The translations under genes and the position numbers were made by a program. The notes under the pieces are model-generated. The model did no database searches. It was not told the origin of the DNA and worked only from the letters and a program-made list of their open reading frames with translations. Shown here piece by piece: positions 7,005 through 14,290 of a stretch of DNA of 24,000 bases (position 1 is the stretch's first letter; every line of letters starts with the position of its first letter). Source of the DNA: Erysipelotrichaceae bacterium (GTDB lineage: Bacteria > Bacillota_I > Bacilli_A > Erysipelotrichales > Coprobacillaceae); contig JAJQFG010000120.1 of NCBI GenBank assembly GCA_021201315.1, positions 54,653-78,652 on the forward strand, read 5' to 3'.

Positions 7005-7829
7005 ATGGATATTGAAAGAATTATAAACAATATCAAAGACAATCAACCTTTGATTCATAATATCACCAATTATGTCACAACCAATGATGTTGCCAATATG
7101 ATACTTGCGATTGGGGCTTCGCCAATTATGGCTGATGAAGTTTTAGAAGTTGAAGATATTACTAGTATAGCTCAAGGTTTAAATCTAAATTTAGGAACCA
7201 TCAATCAAAATCGTTTTAAAGCCATCAAAAAATCAGGTTTAACTGCTAATCAATATCATATACCTGTGTTACTTGATCCAGTTGGTATTGGTGCTTCAAA
7301 ATTAAGACAACAATATGTTCACGAGTTAATAGATCATATACAATTTGATGTAATTAGAGGAAATATTTCAGAAATTAGGGCATTATATCAAAATACTTCC
7401 ACAAAAGGAGTAGATGCCAATTATATAGATACTATAACCCCTGATAATATTTTAGAGGTTGTTTCTTATATTAAAGAAATTGCTAAGATGTTTCATTGTA
7501 TTATAGCTGTATCATCAGCCATTGATATTGTGGCTAATGAAGATAAGGCATATGTTATATATAATGGACATCCTATGATGAGTCGTATTACTGGTAGTGG
7601 ATGTATGCTCTCTGGTTTATGTACAGCGTTTATTAGTACTAATAAAGATCATATGTTGGATGCTTGTGCATTAGCATTTATATGTAATGGTATAGCAGGA
7701 GAAATGGCTTATGATAAGATGATTGAAAGACATAGCGGAAATGCTACTTATCGTAATGATTTGATTGATGCTATTTATTTAATGACACCTCAAAATATAA
7801 AGGAGAGAGCACATTATGAAATTTACTAA
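7005..7829 (+). CDS. thiM: Hydroxyethylthiazole kinase
   Basis: PLIHNITNYVTTNDVANMILAIGASPIMAD, VLLDPVGIGAS, IRGNISEI and ITGSGCMLSGL match ThiM motifs. ATG 7005 follows AGAGGGA. The track start at 6981 lies inside the -10 box. Confidence 0.9.
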   Translation: MDIERIINNIKDNQPLIHNITNYVTTNDVANMILAIGASPIMADEVLEVEDITSIAQGLNLNLGTINQNRFKAIKKSGLTANQYHIPVLLDPVGIGASKLRQQYVHELIDHIQFDVIRGNISEIRALYQNTSTKGVDANYIDTITPDNILEVVSYIKEIAKMFHCIIAVSSAIDIVANEDKAYVIYNGHPMMSRITGSGCMLSGLCTAFISTNKDHMLDACALAFICNGIAGEMAYDKMIERHSGNATYRNDLIDAIYLMTPQNIKERAHYEIY

Positions 7830-8448
7830 ATCGATGTTGAAATTATATGCTGTTACTGATCGTAGCTGGTTGAATGGTGATACTTTGTATCAACAAGTTG
7901 AAAAAGCTTTAAAAGGTGGCGTTACGATGGTACAATTAAGAGAAAAGAATTTAGGCTATGAACAATTTTTACAAGAAGCGATAGAAATGAAAGCATTATG
8001 TCATCGTTACCATGTACCACTTATCATTAATGATAATTTAGAAGTAGCGATTAATTCAGATGCTGATGGTATTCATATTGGTCAGGATGATATATCAATA
8101 GATGTTGTTAAAGAAAGATTTCCTGATAAGATTATCGGTGTTACTGCTCATAATTTAAAAGAAGCGAATATTGCACAAGAAAATGGAGCTACTTATTTGG
8201 GTATGGGTGCAATCTTTTCTACATCTACAAAAACAAATACAACACCTTTATCAATTAATAGCTTAAAAGAAATAACTTCGATTATTCATATACCTATTGT
8301 TGCGATAGGAGGTATTACTTATGATAATGTTGATAAGTTAAAAAATACAGGCATTGCAGGTATTGCTGTGGTCTCAGCTATATTTCATAATGATGATATT
8401 GTTTCTTCTACAAAAGCTTTATTGAATAAGATGGTGTATATTGAATGA
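7816..8448 (+). CDS. thiE: Thiamine-phosphate synthase
   Basis: LYAVTDRS...GGVTMVQLREK...LIINDNLEVA...ADGIHIGQDD...GVTAHN...YLGMGAIFSTSTK...VAIGGI is the ThiE TIM-barrel signature. The gene overlaps thiM by 14 nt. Confidence 0.93.
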   Translation: MKFTKSMLKLYAVTDRSWLNGDTLYQQVEKALKGGVTMVQLREKNLGYEQFLQEAIEMKALCHRYHVPLIINDNLEVAINSDADGIHIGQDDISIDVVKERFPDKIIGVTAHNLKEANIAQENGATYLGMGAIFSTSTKTNTTPLSINSLKEITSIIHIPIVAIGGITYDNVDKLKNTGIAGIAVVSAIFHNDDIVSSTKALLNKMVYIE

Positions 8449-9089
8449 TTGGCTTGTTTGATGTAGATGGTACGATATTGGATTCTATGAGCATTTATGA
8501 GAATCTTGGATATAATTATTTAAAGAGTCTTGGTATTTGTGCTAATGGTGATTTAAATGAAATATTATATCCTATGACCTTTAGACAAAGCGCTACATAT
8601 TTAAAAAAACATTATCTATTGAAAGCATCTATTGATGATATTATGTTATCTTTACAAAATAATATATATGACTATTATAAAAATAAAGTTTTATTAAAAG
8701 ATGGTATTAGAGAAGTTTTAGAAACGTTATATCAATTGGATTATCCATTATATATAGTTACATCATCAACTAAAGAATTAGTTGATATAAGTTTTAATAG
8801 GTTAAAGATTAATCATTATTTTAGAAATATTTATACTTGTGATGATTTATTACTTAGTAAAGAAGATAAGCGGTTTTATTTAGAGATTATGAATCAATTG
8901 CAAGTAGATGCGAAAGATTGCATTGTTTTTGAAGATAATGCTTATAGTGCTTTAGCAGCTAAGCAATGTGGTATAAGAGTTATTGGTATTAAAGATCAAT
9001 ATGCTAGAGGAAATATAGAGAGTATAGCTGATATATATATTGAAAACTGGAGGGATTTAAATGAAAACAGCTTTAACGATTGCAGGTAG
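8445..9089 (+). CDS. HAD-superfamily (subfamily IA-like) phosphatase embedded in the thi operon
   Basis: Motif I is FDVDGTILDS, motif II is IVTSST, and motifs III/IV are SKEDK...VFEDN. The start overlaps the thiE stop (ATGA), and the 3' end overlaps thiD by 29 nt. Confidence 0.85.
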   Translation: MIGLFDVDGTILDSMSIYENLGYNYLKSLGICANGDLNEILYPMTFRQSATYLKKHYLLKASIDDIMLSLQNNIYDYYKNKVLLKDGIREVLETLYQLDYPLYIVTSSTKELVDISFNRLKINHYFRNIYTCDDLLLSKEDKRFYLEIMNQLQVDAKDCIVFEDNAYSALAAKQCGIRVIGIKDQYARGNIESIADIYIENWRDLNENSFNDCR

Positions 9090-9846
9090 TGATTGTAGTG
9101 GTGGTGCAGGTATTCAGGCTGATTTAAAGACGATGTGTTCTTTAGGTGTTTATGGTATGTCTGTAATTAATGCTTTAACAGCTCAAAATACAACGGGTGT
9201 GTATGGTATTATGAATGTGACAAGTGAATTTTGTGAATTGCAGCTAGACAGTATTTTTCAGGATATTTATCCTGATGCTATTAAAATTGGTATGGTTTCA
9301 AGTAGTGATTTGATATTATCTATTGTTAAAAAATTAAAAGAATATGATGCCAAAAATATCGTGGTGGATCCAGTGATGGTAGCTACTAGTGGTGCTAAAT
9401 TGATAAGCGATGATGCTATTGAAACATTACAGAAAGAATTAATTCCTATAGCTTCACTTATTACTCCTAATATTCCTGAAGCTGAGGTTATCAGTGGCAT
9501 GAAGATTAGTGATAAAAAAACAATGGAAGAAGCAGCTCAATTGATTTATCAAAAGAGTAAAGTAAATGTTTTGGTTAAAGGTGGCCATTTAATTGAAGAA
9601 GCACAGGATTGTTTATATGATGGCCATGAATATCATTGGTTTGTTTCTAAGCGTATTGATAATCCTAATACGCATGGTACAGGATGTACATTATCAAGTG
9701 CAATTGCTTCTTATTTAGCATTGGGGTATCCATTGGTTGAGGCTATTGAAAATGCAAAGGCATATTTAACAGGTGCTTTGGCATATGGTCTTGATTTAGG
9801 TAAAGGTAGTGGCCCTTTGAACCACAGTTATAAAGTCATGAAATAG
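9061..9846 (+). CDS. thiD: Hydroxymethylpyrimidine / phosphomethylpyrimidine kinase
   Basis: ALTIAGSDCSGGAGIQADLKT, KIGMV, VVDPVMVATSG, LITPNIPEA and NTHGTGCTLSSAIA are ThiD/ribokinase-family motifs. Confidence 0.93.
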   Translation: MKTALTIAGSDCSGGAGIQADLKTMCSLGVYGMSVINALTAQNTTGVYGIMNVTSEFCELQLDSIFQDIYPDAIKIGMVSSSDLILSIVKKLKEYDAKNIVVDPVMVATSGAKLISDDAIETLQKELIPIASLITPNIPEAEVISGMKISDKKTMEEAAQLIYQKSKVNVLVKGGHLIEEAQDCLYDGHEYHWFVSKRIDNPNTHGTGCTLSSAIASYLALGYPLVEAIENAKAYLTGALAYGLDLGKGSGPLNHSYKVMK

Positions 9847-9859
9847 TCATGACTTTTTT
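9833..9859 (+). terminator. Intrinsic terminator of the thi operon
   Basis: AAGTCATGA-AATAG-TCATGACTT overlaps the thiD stop and is followed by TTTTTT. Confidence 0.75.
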
Positions 9860-9887
9860 GCATAATGTTTTTTTTGTTTCATATAAT
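9858..9887 (+). promoter_or_regulatory. spoIVA promoter; it can be read as either sigma-A-like or sigma-E-like
   Basis: Sigma-A reading: TTGCAT (9858-9863), 18-nt spacer, TATAAT (9882-9887). Sigma-E reading: GCATAAT (9860-9866), 13-nt spacer, CATATAAT (9880-9887), which resembles the sigma-E pattern (..ATA.. / CATACA.T). Confidence 0.4.
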
Positions 9888-9906
9888 AAAACCAAGGAGG
9901 AAATTT

Positions 9907-11379
9907 ATGCAAGATATATTGAAAGATATTGGGAAACGTTGTGGTGGTGATATTTATCTTGGTGTAGTAGGACCAGTTAGAGCAGGAAAATCATCATTTA
10001 TTAAACGTTTTATGGAAATAGCTGTTATTCCTTATATAGAAGATAGTGATGCCAAACTTCGTGCTGTCGATGAATTACCACAATCTGGTGAAGGCCGTAT
10101 GATTATGACAGTAGAGCCAAAGTTTATTCCTAATCAGGCAGCACATATTCATATTGATGATTATCTTAGTGTCAATGTTCGTCTTGTTGATTGTGTTGGT
10201 TACGTAATAGATGGGGCTAAAGGTTATCAAGATGATTCAGGCATTCGTCAGGTTAAAACACCATGGTATTTAGAATCGATTCCTTTTGATGAGGCTGCAC
10301 GCATTGGTACAAAGAAAGTGATACAGGATCATTCTACGATTGGTATTGTGGTGACTTGTGACGGTACTATTTGTGAAATTGATGGAAAGGAATATAAACA
10401 AGCTACTGATGATATTATAAATGAATTGAAAACTATTGGTAAACCATTCGTCATTGTTGTGAATTCTAAAGATCCACGTTCTAGTGCATGCCATGAACTT
10501 GTAGAAGATCTTAAACAAAAACATCAAGTACCTACAATACCATTAAAAGTTAATGAAATGATTGAAAATGATATCATTCACTTACTCAAAGAAGCATTAT
10601 TTGAATTTCCAATACAACAAGTCAAAATCGAAGTACCACGTTGGATAGCCTTAATGGATACAACCCATTGGTTAAAACAAACATTAGACCAAGCTTTAGA
10701 ACAATCTATTTCATCGATTCATCGTTTTCGTGATGTAGAAATCATTGCTGATAATATGAGTCAATTTGACTTTATAAAAAAAGCTAATCTTATATCAGTA
10801 GATACATCAACATCCTCAGCAACCCTACGTATTCAAGAAAGAAAAGGTTTATATAATGAAATACTTAATGAAATATTAGAACAAGATCATTTCGATGCTG
10901 CTTTATTTTTACATCAAGTAACTATTTTAAAACAAAAAGCTCAAGAATATGAAACTTATCAAAGCGCCATTCAAATGGTCAAACAAACTGGATATGGTTA
11001 TGCTTTACCTAGAAAAGAAGATATTGAATTAAGTGAACCAGAAGTTATTAAACAAGGTCCTCGTTATGGTATGAAACTTGTCTCTAAAGCTTCAACCATT
11101 CATATGATAAAAGTAGATATAGAGTCAACATTTGAACCTATTATTGGCTCTAAAGAACAAGCTGAAGCATTTATTCAATATTTAGAAAATAATGGACAAA
11201 ATAATAAAGAAGCCATCTTTGATTGTGATGTTTTTGGCAGAAAATTAGGAGATTTGATTAATGAAGGTATGCGTATGAAACTATCTTCAATGAATGAATC
11301 AGCTTGCGTTCGTGTTCATGATATATTAAGCAAAATAGTTAATAAAGGGAAAACCAATGTAATTGCAATTGTTTTATAA
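9907..11379 (+). CDS. spoIVA: Stage IV sporulation protein A (spore-coat basement-layer ATPase)
   Basis: MQDILKDIGKRCGGDIYLGVVGPVRAGKSSFIKRFME...VRLVDCVGY...TPWY...VKQTGYGYA...IHMIKVD... is collinear with B. subtilis SpoIVA over the full length. ATG 9907 follows AAGGAGG. The track start at 9865 is an upstream extension. Confidence 0.95.
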   Translation: MQDILKDIGKRCGGDIYLGVVGPVRAGKSSFIKRFMEIAVIPYIEDSDAKLRAVDELPQSGEGRMIMTVEPKFIPNQAAHIHIDDYLSVNVRLVDCVGYVIDGAKGYQDDSGIRQVKTPWYLESIPFDEAARIGTKKVIQDHSTIGIVVTCDGTICEIDGKEYKQATDDIINELKTIGKPFVIVVNSKDPRSSACHELVEDLKQKHQVPTIPLKVNEMIENDIIHLLKEALFEFPIQQVKIEVPRWIALMDTTHWLKQTLDQALEQSISSIHRFRDVEIIADNMSQFDFIKKANLISVDTSTSSATLRIQERKGLYNEILNEILEQDHFDAALFLHQVTILKQKAQEYETYQSAIQMVKQTGYGYALPRKEDIELSEPEVIKQGPRYGMKLVSKASTIHMIKVDIESTFEPIIGSKEQAEAFIQYLENNGQNNKEAIFDCDVFGRKLGDLINEGMRMKLSSMNESACVRVHDILSKIVNKGKTNVIAIVL

Positions 11380-11386
11380 TTTTTTG

Positions 11387-11415
11387 TTGCTTTAAATCAA
11401 TTGAAATGTTATACT
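11387..11415 (+). promoter_or_regulatory. Sigma-A promoter of hup
   Basis: TTGCTT (11387-11392), a 17-nt spacer, then TATACT (11410-11415), with TG at -15/-14. Confidence 0.55.
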
Positions 11416-11447
11416 TCTACTTAGATTTTAATAGGAGGCAATACAAA

Positions 11448-11720
11448 ATGAATAAAAAAGAACTTATTGATACTGTTGCTCAAAAAAAAGATTTGACAAA
11501 AAAAGAAGCAGAATCTTTAGTTGATGCTGTATTCGACACAATGACTGATTCACTTCTATCAGGAGATAAGGTATTAATTTCTGGATTTGGGACATTCAAA
11601 GTTAACGACCGTAAGGCACGTAAAGGTGTTAGCCCCAAAACAAAAGAACCTATGATTATTCCAGCAAGTAGAACGGTATCATTCAAGCCAAGTAATAGAT
11701 TAAAAGATGCAATGAATTAA
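11448..11720 (+). CDS. hup: DNA-binding protein HU
   Basis: MNKKELIDTVAQKKDLTKKEAESLVDAVFDTMTDSLLSGDKVLISGFGTFKVNDRKARKGVSPKTKEPMIIPASRTVSFKPSNRLKDAMN is the canonical HU/IHF fold sequence. ATG 11448 follows AGGAGG. Confidence 0.93.
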   Translation: MNKKELIDTVAQKKDLTKKEAESLVDAVFDTMTDSLLSGDKVLISGFGTFKVNDRKARKGVSPKTKEPMIIPASRTVSFKPSNRLKDAMN

Positions 11721-11737
11721 TTCATTGCACCTTTTTC
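11709..11737 (+). terminator. Intrinsic terminator after hup
   Basis: GCAATGAA-TTAA-TTCATTGC overlaps the stop codon and is followed by ACCTTTTTC. Confidence 0.65.
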
Positions 11738-11785
11738 ATATCTAGTTCATAAAGTTCTTATAAGATATTAACGAGGTGAATCAAA

Positions 11786-12490
11786 ATGTACTATTACAAT
11801 ACATATTATATGATAGGAATCATTTTAGTAATTATTGCTGCTATACTTTCTTTGTTTGCACAAATGAGAGTTCAATCTGCTTATCAAAAATATCAAAAAA
11901 TACCTTGTTCTAGAGGGATTACAGGGTATCAAGTAGCTAGAGAAATACTCAATAGTCATGGTTTATATGATATTGAAATCTATGAAGTTAAAGGTCAACT
12001 AAGTGATCATTATAATCCAAGTAAACAAACCATTAATTTATCAAGTGAAATTTATCATGGCTATTCTATTGCTTCACTTGCCGTTGCGGCTCATGAATGT
12101 GGCCATGCAATTCAATATCAGGAAGGTTATATGCCAATAGCTTTTAGAAATGCGATTCTTCCATTTGCCAATGTAGGACAATATCTTGGTTGGATTGCGA
12201 TTATGATTGGATTACTGTTAGGTAGCACACCACTAGCATTGTTTGGTTTTATATTAATGTGCGGTATTTTAGCTTTTCAAATGTTTACTTTACCAGTTGA
12301 ATTTGATGCTTCTAGTCGTGCATTAGAAATTCTTCAACAAGGTTATTTAGTGAATGATGAATATGATGGTGCTAAGAAAATGTTGAATGCAGCAGCTTTG
12401 ACTTATGTCGCAGCATTGATATCAACACTTATGAGTATGTTGAGGATATTTTTAATGATTATGGGAAATTCTCGTGGTAATCGTCGTTAA
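11786..12490 (+). CDS. Membrane zinc metallopeptidase, YugP-like (Zn_peptidase_2 family)
   Basis: An N-terminal TM segment is followed by the HECGHAIQ zinc-binding motif and C-terminal TM helices. The length and layout match the YugP family. The SD GAGGTG lies upstream. Confidence 0.85.
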   Translation: MYYYNTYYMIGIILVIIAAILSLFAQMRVQSAYQKYQKIPCSRGITGYQVAREILNSHGLYDIEIYEVKGQLSDHYNPSKQTINLSSEIYHGYSIASLAVAAHECGHAIQYQEGYMPIAFRNAILPFANVGQYLGWIAIMIGLLLGSTPLALFGFILMCGILAFQMFTLPVEFDASSRALEILQQGYLVNDEYDGAKKMLNAAALTYVAALISTLMSMLRIFLMIMGNSRGNRR

Positions 12491-12517
12491 AGCTTCATAA
12501 TGAAGCTTTTTTTATTT
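12489..12517 (+). terminator. Intrinsic terminator after the YugP-like gene
   Basis: AAAGCTTCA-TAA-TGAAGCTTT followed by TTTTATTT. Confidence 0.75.
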
Positions 12518-12544
12518 GGCATTTTTAGGTTTATCATGTATAAT
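12516..12544 (+). promoter_or_regulatory. Sigma-A promoter of the ypmB-like/dnaD/nth unit
   Basis: TTGGCA (12516-12521), a 17-nt spacer, then TATAAT (12539-12544), preceded by TG at 12537-12538. Confidence 0.6.
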
Positions 12545-12567
12545 ATCATTCATGGGTGGTGGTAACT

Positions 12568-13044
12568 ATGAAAAATAAAACATTCATTGTAAGTACAGTT
12601 GTTTTAAGTGTGATTTTAATAGTTGTCACTTTTTATATGTTGTTTGTACATGTTCCTTATTATAATTATTCACATGAATTAGATGAAATTAGAAATCAGA
12701 TATGTGAAGATAATCATTATGAATACTTGGATTATTTTAGTGAATATCGAGGAAAAAGTGTTTATTATATGTTGAAAGTAAATATTGATGGTGTTGAGTC
12801 TTACGTTGCCTATGATACGGATTTGAATTTAGTGGATACTTATCAAGGTGATATCACTGATAAGGAAGATGTATTAGACAAGATAACTACTAAGTATGAT
12901 ATCATATTAGATGATTTAGAAATAGCTTATGAGAATGAGAGATTTGTTTATTATGGTTTGTATCAGGATGATGATATGTTATTGTATGTTTATTATGATT
13001 TATCAAGTGGAGATTTTATAAAAGCGGTGAAGTTGGATGAATAA
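12568..13044 (+). CDS. Membrane-anchored hypothetical protein, YpmB-like (PepSY-type) by size, topology and position
   Basis: ATG 12568 follows GGGTGGTGG. The product has an N-terminal TM segment (IVSTVVLSVILIVVTFYMLF) and then an extracytoplasmic domain with ..YRGKSVYYMLKV..GVESYVAYD.. and ..LLYVYYDLSSGDFIKAVKL, which resembles B. subtilis YpmB. It sits upstream of dnaD-nth, as ypmB does in Bacillus. Confidence 0.6.
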   Translation: MKNKTFIVSTVVLSVILIVVTFYMLFVHVPYYNYSHELDEIRNQICEDNHYEYLDYFSEYRGKSVYYMLKVNIDGVESYVAYDTDLNLVDTYQGDITDKEDVLDKITTKYDIILDDLEIAYENERFVYYGLYQDDDMLLYVYYDLSSGDFIKAVKLDE

Positions 13045-13633
13045 TATTGAAGAATTATTAGATTATGATTGTATTGATTATCGTAAATTGTTGATTATCA
13101 AAGCTAAATCTTTAGGCTTAAGTGATGATCAAGTTTATTTGTTGATTATTATGATGACTTTAATAGATATGAATATTAAACCAATTACACCTGCTAAATT
13201 AAGTCAATTTTGTCAATTATCTTTAAGTAAAATTGATGAAGTTCTCATTTCCTTGGTTGATAAGCATTTTTTAAGTAGAATGAATGGTTCTTTAGATTTA
13301 AAACCACTTTATAAACAGTTATTGGATATAAAAGTAGAAGAGAATACGGATATGGACTTGATTTCAGTGTTTGAAGATGCTTTTGGTAGAAGTTTGTCTC
13401 AAAGAGAAATTGAAATCATTAATTCGTTTAAGATTAATGGTTTTAGTGATTCTATGATTGTAGAAGCTTTAAATGAAGCAGTTAAATCAGGTGTCATTAA
13501 TTTTAGATACATAGAAAAAATATTGGATAATTGGCAAAAATATGGTGTTAAGAAACGCTATGCACCAAAACATGAAGAAAATCAACAATTTGATCAAAAA
13601 ATCAAAGATTATAAATGGTGGGACAATGAATAA
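13037..13633 (+). CDS. dnaD: DnaD-domain replication initiation / membrane attachment protein
   Basis: The C-terminal segment FEDAFGRSLSQREIEIINSFKINGFSDSMIVEALNEAVKSGVINFRYIEKILDNWQKYGVK is the DnaD/DnaB_2 domain signature. The dnaD-nth adjacency matches Bacillus. Confidence 0.8.
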   Translation: MNNIEELLDYDCIDYRKLLIIKAKSLGLSDDQVYLLIIMMTLIDMNIKPITPAKLSQFCQLSLSKIDEVLISLVDKHFLSRMNGSLDLKPLYKQLLDIKVEENTDMDLISVFEDAFGRSLSQREIEIINSFKINGFSDSMIVEALNEAVKSGVINFRYIEKILDNWQKYGVKKRYAPKHEENQQFDQKIKDYKWWDNE

Positions 13634-14282
13634 AGATAAAGTAAATCGTATATTAAATACATTTGATGACATGTATCCAAATGCTAAGTGTGAATTAAAC
13701 CATGATAACCATCTTCAACTCCTTATTGCAGTCATGCTTTCGGCACAAACAACGGATGCTTCTGTTAATAAGTTAACGCTACAATTATTTCAAAAATATC
13801 AAACAGTTGAAGATTATGCTTATGCCCCTCTTGAAGAATTAGAACAAGACCTGCATTCTATTGGTTTATATCGCAATAAAGCAAAAAATATTAAAGCTAT
13901 GGCTAATCAGTTAATTGAAAGATTTGATGGTCAAGTACCTTCTACTCATGAAGCATTGATGAGCTTACCAGGAGTTGGCAGAAAAACAGCGAATGTTGTT
14001 GTATCAGAAGGATTTAATGTTCCTGCAATTGCGGTTGATACTCATGTAGAGCGCATTTCTAAGCGTTTAGGATTCGCTAAAAAAGATGATTCAGTAGAAG
14101 TAGTGGAACAGAAATTACAAAAAGCCATTCCTAAACAAAGATGGACTAAAACCCATCATCAGATGATATTCTTTGGTCGTTATCATTGTAAATCGATGAG
14201 ACCTAATTGTCAAAATTGTCCACTTATTGATATATGTTATGAAGAAAAAAGAGAAAAGTACTTAAAAGAGAGATCATCATGA
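13626..14282 (+). CDS. nth: Endonuclease III (DNA-(apurinic/apyrimidinic site) lyase / glycosylase)
   Basis: LLIAVMLSAQTTD, the helix-hairpin-helix LPGVGRKTANVV, DTHV, and the C-terminal Fe-S cluster C-x6-C-x2-C-x5-C (CKSMRPNCQNCPLIDIC). ATG 13626 overlaps the dnaD stop; the track start at 13542 is an extension. Confidence 0.93.
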   Translation: MNKDKVNRILNTFDDMYPNAKCELNHDNHLQLLIAVMLSAQTTDASVNKLTLQLFQKYQTVEDYAYAPLEELEQDLHSIGLYRNKAKNIKAMANQLIERFDGQVPSTHEALMSLPGVGRKTANVVVSEGFNVPAIAVDTHVERISKRLGFAKKDDSVEVVEQKLQKAIPKQRWTKTHHQMIFFGRYHCKSMRPNCQNCPLIDICYEEKREKYLKERSS

Positions 14283-14290
14283 TCTCTCTT
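14266..14290. terminator. Hairpin shared by convergent nth and ponA, built from their coding 3' ends
   Basis: AAGAGAGATCA-TCA-TGATCTCTCTT forms an 11-bp perfect stem. The nth stop (14280-14282) and the ponA stop (14289-14291) both lie in or at the right arm. The U-tracts are short on both strands. Confidence 0.5.

Noticed and set aside
6700-7005. Search for a TPP (THI-box) riboswitch upstream of thiM
   Set aside because: No CUGAGA or ACCUGAUC...GCCAGCG-like core was seen, and the non-coding gap is only 44 nt. I report this as an absence (see findings) rather than as a feature.
9267-9500. Minus-strand ORF inside thiD (77 aa)
   Set aside because: It is antisense to a confidently identified thiD and has no start signals. 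It is a typical shadow ORF.
10270-10527. Minus-strand ORF inside spoIVA (85 aa)
   Set aside because: It is antisense to spoIVA, and its composition is typical of an AT-rich shadow frame.
11480-11686. Minus-strand ORF inside hup (68 aa)
   Set aside because: It is antisense to the HU gene and has no independent signals.
13487-13672. Minus-strand ORF across the dnaD/nth junction (61 aa)
   Set aside because: It is antisense to two well-supported genes, and its translation is Phe/Ile-rich shadow sequence.
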